Assembly (NCBI RefSeq): GCF_000341395.1
Contig: NC_020304.1
Span: 2,640,001-2,672,000, forward strand
From: Desulfocapsa sulfexigens DSM 10523
GTDB taxonomy: Bacteria; Desulfobacterota; Desulfobulbia; Desulfobulbales; Desulfocapsaceae
DNA length: 32,000 bases
Reading direction: 5' to 3'
The position numbers and the translations under genes were made by a program. A model generated the notes under the pieces. The model was not told where the DNA came from, did not search any database, and was given only the letters and a program-made list of their open reading frames with translations. Shown in pieces: positions 16,593 to 24,050 of the stretch (its first letter is position 1; the number at the start of each line of letters is the position of its first letter).

Positions 16593-19169
16593 CTATTCAG
16601 GCGGTTCAATTTTTGATTGTAATTCCGGTTCTAAGTTATCAATGTTCCTTGCTGCTTCATCGGCTTTAAATTTGGCCTTGATCGCACGACGATGAGCTTT
16701 TTCGGCATCGGACTCAGCATTAGCTATCTCTCTTTGCAGTTTTTCCCCCTCTTTAGGTGGAACTTTTTCGGGAACACTTTTCTCTTCCAGAATACTGAGT
16801 TGACTGCTCAGCTTTTCCACAAGCATCATTTTTTCAGCGGCAATTTTTTCAGCTGCCGCTGATTTTTTCAGTGCCAATTCCAGCTCATCGGTTGCCCGGC
16901 CGATCTGAGCCGGCAGACCTTCCTCAGGAGTTGCGTCAAGATCTATATCTTCAGCTGCCATAACCAGAGCGCAAACTGGAAGACGGGGGAGAGAGCGTTC
17001 AAAAGACTTCCCGGTGAGGTCAAGTAGACGATACTGGTCAATCTTCAGAGGAAGAAATACAAAAGCCGCATCTGCTGACTGCTGAACAATAGTGTCCGCT
17101 TCAAAGTTCTCAATGATTTCAGCGACGGCATCAATACGCACATCCTCCATGATTTTATTCAATTTTTCCTTTTCACGCTCAATGTGCAGCGTGTCGCTTT
17201 GAGTCAACACTCTGAGAGTAGCTTGATCCCATGGTTTATGTCGAGTCATCAGGTAGGCTAAAAGCAACATCAGGCGACTGGTACCATTTCCCTGCCACCA
17301 TATATCAATCCGGCGCCCTGCCATCGGTTCATCCAAAAGTCGGATCCAGGATTCATCGTCCATACTCAAGATCACGAGGTTTTTATGTTGTCGGAAAATA
17401 AGTTTAAGGTTTTTTGCGTAGGTATAGGCTCCAAGACCCGAAAGTGCTTTTACGGAGGCACCCATCCAGTTAAGAACCACCGTATTGGGACGCAAAGGCC
17501 CAATACCAGAACTTTGAAGAAGAACCCCCATGGCCTGGGTAAAATTTGAAGAACTTACGGTAAGGGGAAACATATCATAGTGGCCAGAAGCTATGGCCTG
17601 AGTCAATGCAAGGTGAGCAGCTTTATGCATTGCTCTGGCTTCCGCTCCCTCGCCTTCGATAATCTGTACAGCCTCTGTGAAGCCGCTGCCTCCTTCAATC
17701 CAGGAGGAAAATGTCAATAGAGGGATCCGATGCTCGGGAGTTTGGGTAAATACCAGCAGATGTGGACGCCAGTCGCGGGCATGCTCAGGTTCCTTGCCGG
17801 CGGCGAGAAGATGCCTGCGTACCTGCTGTAAATGGTGGGAACGTGAACTGTCAGCCCATCGGGTTGGACCGGCTGTGCGTTTCAGATATTGGTAAACAGC
17901 AAACAGCAGGGCAATAGCGGCAGCACCGCTTTTGAGATCAATTGCAAGCATGGCTGCTAAACAGAGAAAAAAACCTAATAAACTCAGGGAAGGTGAAAAC
18001 CATTTGAATCGTGGACGGAAAAAAGGACTCTCGGTTTTGGCCTCAAAATAGGTAGCATAGTTGAGCAATCCATATGAAATAAGGAAAAACATCGAAACGA
18101 CGCTGGCAACAAGATTTAATTTTCCAAGGGCAATTGTGACAAAGGCAATACCGGAGGAGAAGAGTAGGGCTCGACGAGGGTTAGCAGCAGGTCCATTTAC
18201 CTTGGCAAAGGGGGTCAGTAAAGAAAAAATCTTATCAGCAGCTAGGGATTGCAGGATCCGTGGCGCCCCCATAAGGGAAGCCATGGCAGAGGAAAGGGTG
18301 GCTGCAATAACCCCGGCATCAATAAGGAATCCAACTGCAGATACGTTTTTCATGGCACCGGAATCCGAAGAGAGAGTGGCATTTGACAGAACCCCGGCAA
18401 ACAGGATCGCTACGGAAAAATAGACAGCAATAGAGAGTCCAACGGCCCAGAAAGTTCCCAGAGGGATACTTTTTCCTGGATCAGCAAGGTCCCCGGACAT
18501 GCTCACCCCCTGAGTGAATCCGGTGACGGCTGGAAAGAAAATGGCAAAGAGGGCCCAAAAAGGAACACCGTTTTCCGGTGATGCCCAGTTGGCTGCAAGA
18601 ATTGCTGCATCCCAACTGCGGATTGTGCCAGCAAAGAAAGAGAGCAGGGCGGCGGCCAGCAGGGCCATGACGCCGAATTGAAATCTGGCGGCCCAGTCTG
18701 CACCCTGCCAGGCGAAAAAGAAAAGAAACACCACCGCACCGGATGCTATCAGCTGTATGGTCAGGTGGTGCATCCAGGGGAAAAAAGTACCAATAACCTC
18801 TGCAAATCCCATGCAGTAAAAAGCAATGGATACGCTTTGGGCCAGAAAAAGAACCAGCCCTATGGATCCACCAAATTCCGGGCCAAGGGTTCGGGAAATA
18901 AGATAGTAATCACCACCACCTTTAACCTTGAGGTTAGTAGCTACTGCAGACAGGGAAATGCTGGTAAGTACACTGATGAGATTTGCCAGGGCAATAATCA
19001 GCAGGGCTTTTCCCAGCCCGGCATTTCCCACCACATAACCCAGCCTCAGAAAGAGTATAATCCCTAGAATAGTAAGGATGCTGGGGGTGAAGACACCGTT
19101 AAAGGTACCCAGCTTACCTGCCGTTATTTTGGCTTCCGACGCTGCGGGGGGGGTGCTGAGTTCGTTCAC
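16593..19169 (-). CDS. Cation-chloride cotransporter family (SLC12/CCC-like, APC superfamily) with a large cytoplasmic C-terminal domain
   Basis: 858 aa. The N-terminal LGTFNGVFTPSILTILGIILFLRLGYVVGNAGL is the CCC signature region. It has ~12 TM segments, an SLC12-type C-terminal domain, and a K/E-rich coiled-coil tail. Confidence 0.88.
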   Translation of the reverse strand: MNELSTPPAASEAKITAGKLGTFNGVFTPSILTILGIILFLRLGYVVGNAGLGKALLIIALANLISVLTSISLSAVATNLKVKGGGDYYLISRTLGPEFGGSIGLVLFLAQSVSIAFYCMGFAEVIGTFFPWMHHLTIQLIASGAVVFLFFFAWQGADWAARFQFGVMALLAAALLSFFAGTIRSWDAAILAANWASPENGVPFWALFAIFFPAVTGFTQGVSMSGDLADPGKSIPLGTFWAVGLSIAVYFSVAILFAGVLSNATLSSDSGAMKNVSAVGFLIDAGVIAATLSSAMASLMGAPRILQSLAADKIFSLLTPFAKVNGPAANPRRALLFSSGIAFVTIALGKLNLVASVVSMFFLISYGLLNYATYFEAKTESPFFRPRFKWFSPSLSLLGFFLCLAAMLAIDLKSGAAAIALLFAVYQYLKRTAGPTRWADSSRSHHLQQVRRHLLAAGKEPEHARDWRPHLLVFTQTPEHRIPLLTFSSWIEGGSGFTEAVQIIEGEGAEARAMHKAAHLALTQAIASGHYDMFPLTVSSSNFTQAMGVLLQSSGIGPLRPNTVVLNWMGASVKALSGLGAYTYAKNLKLIFRQHKNLVILSMDDESWIRLLDEPMAGRRIDIWWQGNGTSRLMLLLAYLMTRHKPWDQATLRVLTQSDTLHIEREKEKLNKIMEDVRIDAVAEIIENFEADTIVQQSADAAFVFLPLKIDQYRLLDLTGKSFERSLPRLPVCALVMAAEDIDLDATPEEGLPAQIGRATDELELALKKSAAAEKIAAEKMMLVEKLSSQLSILEEKSVPEKVPPKEGEKLQREIANAESDAEKAHRRAIKAKFKADEAARNIDNLEPELQSKIEPPE

Positions 19170-19190
19170 TTCTGTTCACCTGATAGTGTT

Positions 19191-19652
19191 CTATTCTATC
19201 TTCAGCAAATCCAATATTTCCTTACAGGAAGGGATATCAGCCATGGAGCTCCCATAATGAACGTAGCGGAGCCTGCCGGACAAATCAACCAGCATCTGCG
19301 CTGGAAGTCTGCCTAACTTGAAGGGATTGACTTCCTGTCCATATAATTGTTGAATGGTATGCTCCGGATCAGGTATGCCGATAAACGGTAACTCTTGCTT
19401 CATCCAGTATTTCTGGAAAATGTCGGCATTTTCAGATCCAATGACGACTATCTCTGTATTCAATCTAACAAAATTTTGATATTCCTGATGCAACTGCGCC
19501 AGATGCCTGCGGCTGAATGGTCAGGAGAAACCACGATTCAGAACCAACAGCACATTCATTCGGTCAATGAAAGATGAAAGTGTAAAACTGTTTCCGTTAC
19601 AATCTGTAGCTGTGAACCCTGGTGCATGTCCGTCTCGTTCGACTCTAGCCAT
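19191..19652 (-). CDS. Selenoprotein: AhpC/TSA (peroxiredoxin/redoxin-like, thioredoxin fold) protein with in-frame UGA (Sec44)
   Basis: The ATG at 19650-19652 is preceded by GGAGG. My translation is MARVERDGHAPGFTATDCNGNSFTLSSFIDRMNVLLVLNRGFS-U-PFSRRHLAQL, which runs in frame into the 100-aa track ORF. The TGA is at 19521-19523. The U sits where this family has the redox Cys (xxGFWCPxCRRxL pattern). Total length is 153 aa. Confidence 0.75.
19484..19525 (-). promoter_or_regulatory. Candidate bacterial SECIS-like stem-loop at and downstream of the UGA
   Basis: The mRNA reads CCUGA-CCAUU-[CAGC CGC AG GCAU CU GCG(CA) GUUG]-CA-UCAGG. An outer 5-bp helix (CCUGA/UCAGG) contains the UGA. An inner imperfect helix puts its apical loop about 15-20 nt after the UGA. 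Folded by hand only. Confidence 0.35.
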
Positions 19653-19661
19653 GCTAACCTC

Positions 19662-19997
19662 CTACTTTTTGTGACAGGTGGAGCAGGATTTTCCTTTTGG
19701 AACTTGCTTTTCTTCATGACACGGCCAGCAGAGTTTTTTGTGGAAGTCATTCCCGCTTCCGCTGATGTTAACTATGGCAACCTTAAGTTTCCCTCCCTTT
19801 GGATCGGCGTGACAACTTATACATTCCAAAGTTTTTTGGTGTGTGGCATGGGGGAAAATAACAGCCTCCTTCTTCCCTTCTATATGAAAACGTGCCTTAA
19901 GATCTATTTCGGCAGGACCCGTTTCGCTGGAAAGTCCCAGTGCAGGGAATACCAGTACACCCATGAAAATAAATCCCGTAACCAGCTTGCTGTTCAT
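19662..19997 (-). CDS. Periplasmic triheme cytochrome c (c7/PpcA-like, class III)
   Basis: 111 aa with a signal peptide and three CxxCH motifs (CISCH, CWPCH, CSTCH). The PpcA-like context is FPHATHQK...C..CH...CHEE...CSTCHKK. Confidence 0.85.
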   Translation of the reverse strand: MNSKLVTGFIFMGVLVFPALGLSSETGPAEIDLKARFHIEGKKEAVIFPHATHQKTLECISCHADPKGGKLKVAIVNISGSGNDFHKKLCWPCHEEKQVPKGKSCSTCHKK

Positions 19998-20078
19998 AGT
20001 TCAACCTCACTGTTTAATGTTTTAGTGGTGAAAAACCAGTGGGACGATTCCCCGGTATTTGCACCATGCTGCCCTTGT

Positions 20079-20154
20079 ACAGCTCTTAAATGTCAAAAAA
20101 GACTCTAAATGAGAATACAATAGCAAAAAATAATTAACAATATTTAAGAGCTGT
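20079..20154. repeat. Perfect 13-bp inverted repeat separated by 50 nt in a divergent promoter region
   Basis: ACAGCTCTTAAAT (20079-20091) and ATTTAAGAGCTGT (20142-20154) are exact reverse complements. They lie between the cytochrome c7 operon start (19997) and the sulP start. Confidence 0.6.
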
Positions 20155-20291
20155 CCAGGGAGTGATGTTACTCGTCAAACAACTTCTGTTGTGCTACAAG
20201 TAATGTATTCATTGTTCATTCTGATGGAAATATACTCTTATAGCTAAGCTTGCAAAAAAGGATGTGCTCCCTCAAACACAGGTTGAAATTT

Positions 20292-22049
20292 ATGTTTGTA
20301 CAGAAGAGATCATCAAGACTGGCCCGTTTTTTTCCCTTCCTGAGCTGGCTTAAGGGATATAGCTCTCAAGAGCTGCGAAGCGACTCTCTGGCAGGACTGA
20401 CAGTTGCTGTGGTGTTGATACCACAGTCAATGGCCTATGCCATGCTTGCAGGCATGCCTCCTGTTTATGGGCTGTATGCGGCCGCTGTAACTCCTGTCAT
20501 AGGAGCGCTATGGGGCAGTCTGCGCCAACTTGCAACCGGGCCTATTGCAATCATGAGTCTTCTGGTTCTCACAACCCTTACTCCCCTCGCTGAACCCGGA
20601 TCTGCGGATTATATTTCTCTGGCTTTTACCCTCTCTTTCATGGTGGGATGCCTCTATCTTTTTCTCGGTACCCTTCGCATGGGATTGATCATGTCCTTTA
20701 TCTCCCATTCTTCCGTCAAAGGTTTTACTGCAGCCGCTGCCCTTATCATCATCTCCACCCAGCTTCCGCATCTCTTTGGTATCTCTGTTGGAAAACATGA
20801 GTACATCCTGCCCATGCTGGTTAATATTGTCCGGGAACTTCCCAGTTTGAATCCTTATACCTGTGTTATGGGGATCGCGGCCCTGATTCTCATCTCTTTC
20901 ATCAAGCATGTTAACAGAAATTTGCCGGCAGGATTGATTGCCCTGGTGATAGGTACTGTGATGGTCATCGTGTTTGATCTTGATCAGAAGGGAATCGCAG
21001 TTATAGGTGCAATACCGGTTGGTCTGCCCAGCTTTAATCTTCCCCTGGTCAGTTTTGAGATGCTCAGCAAACTTGCAGGACCGACAATGGTGATTGCCCT
21101 GGTGAGCTTTGCGGAGACCTATTCAGTAGGGAAGGCGATATCAAGTCAGACCAAACAGAAGGTGAATGTCAATCAGGAACTGATTGGTCAGGGGTTGGCC
21201 AATTGTATCGGATCTTTCTTCTATTGCCCCCCGGTAAGCGGCTCCTTTTCCCGTTCCGCCATTAATTTTGCCGTTGGTGCAAAAACTGGCGTCTCCAGCA
21301 TCTTATCAAGCATTATTGTTGTTCTGTCTCTGCTTTTCCTGACCCAGCTTTTCACCAGTATTCCTAAGGCGGTACTCGCCGCCCTGGTCATTAATGCCGT
21401 ACTTCTCCTCTTTAATCCAAAAGAGGTCTTTGCCCTTTTAAAGAAAAACCGGCATGACGGTATTGTAGCTGTTACCGTATTTATTATGGGACTGGTCATC
21501 AAGCCTGATTATGCACTGCTTCTCGGGGTCATGATGTCGCTTATCTTTTTCCTCTGGAAAACCATGCACCCGGTTGTTGTCAGGATAACCAAGGATCCTG
21601 AATTGAACATGTTTGTTGATGGTGATCTGATGGATAAACCTGACTGCCCGCAGATCCTGCAGTTACGGATAGACAGTGAAATCTATTTCGGGAATGCCCA
21701 GTTTCTGGTGGAACTCATTAGCGAGCGCTTGGATGCATTGGTAGCGCCCATTAAATTTTTGATTCTTGATTTTCAGGCAGTAAGCTTTGTCGATCTGACA
21801 GGAATTGATGAACTCAGACTGCTCCTGGAAGAACTTGACACGAGAGGGGTCCGGCCTGTCTTTATTAATATCAACCCGCCCGTTCAGAAGGTATTTGTTT
21901 CTTCAGGATTGTCTGCAGATATTGATGCAGAAATGATTTTTGATGGAAAAGGTACGGCAACCAGAAAAATTTTCCCTATTCTTGATCATGATTACTGCCG
22001 TGAGACCTGTTCGATTGCTCTTTTTAATGAGTGCGAAACCGTGAAATAA
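20292..22049 (+). CDS. SulP-family anion (sulfate/bicarbonate) transporter with a C-terminal STAS domain
   Basis: The N-terminus FPFLSWLKGYSSQELRSDSLAGLTVAVVLIPQSMAYAMLAGMPPVYGLY is the SulP signature region, and the C-terminal ~130 aa are STAS-like. The start is ambiguous (TTG 20250, ATG 20262, ATG 20292). I chose 20292 from the typical N-terminal length. Confidence 0.88.
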   Translation: MFVQKRSSRLARFFPFLSWLKGYSSQELRSDSLAGLTVAVVLIPQSMAYAMLAGMPPVYGLYAAAVTPVIGALWGSLRQLATGPIAIMSLLVLTTLTPLAEPGSADYISLAFTLSFMVGCLYLFLGTLRMGLIMSFISHSSVKGFTAAAALIIISTQLPHLFGISVGKHEYILPMLVNIVRELPSLNPYTCVMGIAALILISFIKHVNRNLPAGLIALVIGTVMVIVFDLDQKGIAVIGAIPVGLPSFNLPLVSFEMLSKLAGPTMVIALVSFAETYSVGKAISSQTKQKVNVNQELIGQGLANCIGSFFYCPPVSGSFSRSAINFAVGAKTGVSSILSSIIVVLSLLFLTQLFTSIPKAVLAALVINAVLLLFNPKEVFALLKKNRHDGIVAVTVFIMGLVIKPDYALLLGVMMSLIFFLWKTMHPVVVRITKDPELNMFVDGDLMDKPDCPQILQLRIDSEIYFGNAQFLVELISERLDALVAPIKFLILDFQAVSFVDLTGIDELRLLLEELDTRGVRPVFININPPVQKVFVSSGLSADIDAEMIFDGKGTATRKIFPILDHDYCRETCSIALFNECETVK

Positions 22050-22052
22050 AAA

Positions 22053-22237
22053 CATGATTACTACAAATCCTCAGCCTACCCGCCTGAGGAGGATTTCTTT
22101 TCGTGTTGATTATATGGGCATCTGCGGCCTGGACGGCCGCAGTAGCAGTAGAGCCCCCAGGGATGGGTTTATGGCGTCCCATATAATCGACACGGAACAA
22201 CTTTGGGTTACAAAGCTGATTTTGGATGGTAATCAGG
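22053..22237. mobile_element. MITE-like non-autonomous element, copy B (185 bp), inverted relative to copy A
   Basis: Terminal repeats are CATGATTACTA (22053-22063, matching the consensus at 9 of 11 positions) and TGGTAATCAGG (22227-22237). A perfect 8-bp direct repeat AATAAAAA flanks it (22045-22052 and 22238-22245). The left copy contains the sulP stop codon TAA (22047-22049). Confidence 0.75.
22069..22101 (+). terminator. Terminator-like hairpin carried inside MITE copy B, just downstream of sulP
   Basis: CCTCAG-CCTACCCGC-CTGAGG (22069-22089) is followed by AGGATTTCTTTTC. This segment is partly deleted in copy A. Confidence 0.4.
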
Positions 22238-22356
22238 AATAAAAAAGAACAACAAACAGCGATGAGCGGGGGGAGAAGAGCCGCCAGGACTGGCATTTCG
22301 GGAGCAGATCATAATGATGAAGCTTTTTTTCTTTGTTGAAGTGCATGTGAAACTGT

Positions 22357-23115
22357 TTATTGAATAAGCCTTTTTCGTATGAGAAAGATAGCCACCTGGC
22401 AGGTAAAAAATGTAAGGACAGACAGTCCTATTAGTTTTACAAACCATGGCTGATCAAACTGGCCATAGCAGAGCATGCGAGACAATGTAACAAAGGGAGT
22501 GAGGGGCAGTAATTCAAAAAATATTCTGACTCTTTCAGGAATGGAATGGAGTGAGAAGAAGATCCCTGAAAAGAGAAAGAGAGGTGTAAGGACAAGAGAA
22601 ATAAAGTAGTTGAAGAATTCATAATTGGTAGCAAGGGCGGTCATGATGAGCCCCAAGGCAGCAAAAAATATCCCGGAAAGGAAAAGTAATGGTAGCAGGG
22701 TAAGGGTCCATGGAGAAGGCCAGACACCAAAAAGTGGCAGGGCTGCAAGCATGATGATACCGGACAACAAACCTTTGCTGGCCCCCCAGAAAATCTCACC
22801 GAGAACTATATCGGTAACCCCAAGCGGTGTAACCAGGATGGCCTCATAAGTCTTTTGAATTGTCAGCCGGGTATAGGCACCATATGTTGTTTCAAAGGCG
22901 GCGCTGTACATGACCGAGGAGGCGGCGAGGCCGGGAGCGAGGAATTGCAGATAGGTCAGGCCTTCAATGGTTCCTACTTGTTTGCCAAGTCCGTAGCCCA
23001 TGGCCAGCAGGAAGAGCAGAGGTTGTCCCAGGTTGCCTATCAGGGTCGAAGTGATGTGCTTACTCCAGACCAGATTGTTACGCAGCCAGACTGTCCGGAA
23101 GCGAAAAAAGGTCAT
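22357..23115 (-). CDS. ABC-2 type transporter permease (NodJ/DrrB-like)
   Basis: 252 aa with six TM segments and an ABC-2 family pattern. It overlaps the upstream ATPase gene by 4 nt. Confidence 0.88.
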   Translation of the reverse strand: MTFFRFRTVWLRNNLVWSKHITSTLIGNLGQPLLFLLAMGYGLGKQVGTIEGLTYLQFLAPGLAASSVMYSAAFETTYGAYTRLTIQKTYEAILVTPLGVTDIVLGEIFWGASKGLLSGIIMLAALPLFGVWPSPWTLTLLPLLFLSGIFFAALGLIMTALATNYEFFNYFISLVLTPLFLFSGIFFSLHSIPERVRIFFELLPLTPFVTLSRMLCYGQFDQPWFVKLIGLSVLTFFTCQVAIFLIRKRLIQ

Positions 23116-24044
23116 GATTCTCGTAATGACCTCCCGGTTAACTGGATAAAAAGATCCTCCAGGTTAGCAGGTCTGCGCAGCCATTTGCGGGAGTTTGCCA
23201 GTAACGCTTCAAGACGGCTGCAATCTTCCTGAGTATAGGCATAAAGCCTGTCGTTTACTCGCTCGGTGGTTGCGTTACATTTTTGGAAAGCTTCTTCCAG
23301 GGTGTCAAGTTCCGATTGCCCCCCCTCCACTTCAAAGACATCCACACCGACAAGCTCTTTAATCAATTGCTGTGGAATTCCCTCGGTGACAATTGTTCCG
23401 TGATCAAGGATAAGAACCCTGTCGCTAAGTCTCTCCACCTCATCGAGATAATGACTGGTTAACAGCATGGTCATCCCCTGTTCCTGCAGCATTTCAAGAT
23501 GTTGCCATATCAGTTGGCGGGATTGGGGGTCAAGGCCGACGGTGGGCTCGTCCAGGATAAGCAGTTTCGGGTTATTGATGAGAGCCCGGGCAAGCAGTAA
23601 TCTTCTTCGCTGTCCCCCTGAAAGACGCTCTATCACCTCATCTTTTCTGTTGGTCAGTGCAAAAAACTGGAGAAGTTCGTCGGCCTTTGCCGATGCTATT
23701 CGACGTGGAATGTTATAAAATGCTGCATAGGTGAGTAGATTTTCCTGTACGGTGAGGTCAGGATCCAGGCTGTCCGCTTGAGGGACCACACCAATAAGCT
23801 GTTTGGCTTCACGCAACTGCTCCGGAATGTGCATCCCCAGAAGAGTTATAGTGCCGCTGCTTTTTGTCATTAATCCGAGCAACATCTTGATCGTGGTGGT
23901 TTTGCCGGCTCCATTTGGCCCCAAGAAGCCAAGACATTCTCCACCCCGGATGGAAAAACTGATATTGTCTACTGCACAACGTTCCTGAAACATTTTTGTC
24001 AGCTCTGCAACAACGACAGTGGGAGCAATATCTGAGTTGATCAT
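23112..24044 (-). CDS. ABC transporter ATP-binding protein (NodI/DrrA-like)
   Basis: 310 aa with Walker A GPNGAGKTT, signature LSGGQRRRLLLA, and Walker B LLILDEPT. Confidence 0.94.
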   Translation of the reverse strand: MINSDIAPTVVVAELTKMFQERCAVDNISFSIRGGECLGFLGPNGAGKTTTIKMLLGLMTKSSGTITLLGMHIPEQLREAKQLIGVVPQADSLDPDLTVQENLLTYAAFYNIPRRIASAKADELLQFFALTNRKDEVIERLSGGQRRRLLLARALINNPKLLILDEPTVGLDPQSRQLIWQHLEMLQEQGMTMLLTSHYLDEVERLSDRVLILDHGTIVTEGIPQQLIKELVGVDVFEVEGGQSELDTLEEAFQKCNATTERVNDRLYAYTQEDCSRLEALLANSRKWLRRPANLEDLFIQLTGRSLRES

Positions 24045-24050
24045 CAGGAA

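Noticed and set aside
19556-19750. The 64-aa minus-strand track ORF that overlaps the cytochrome c7 3' end and the selenoprotein 5' end.
   Set aside because: It is in a different frame from both supported genes, has no motifs, and is displaced by the SD-preceded Sec-redoxin reading frame.
22024-22296. The track ORFs 22024..22296 (-, 90 aa) and 22054..22242 (+, 62 aa) both contain RVDYMG. A similar reading frame exists across 9380-9470.
   Set aside because: They lie inside the palindromic MITE core, and the shared peptide on both strands is an artefact of the 17-bp inverted repeat. There is no SD, and the two copies differ by indels (6 bp and ~20 bp) that would disrupt a conserved protein.
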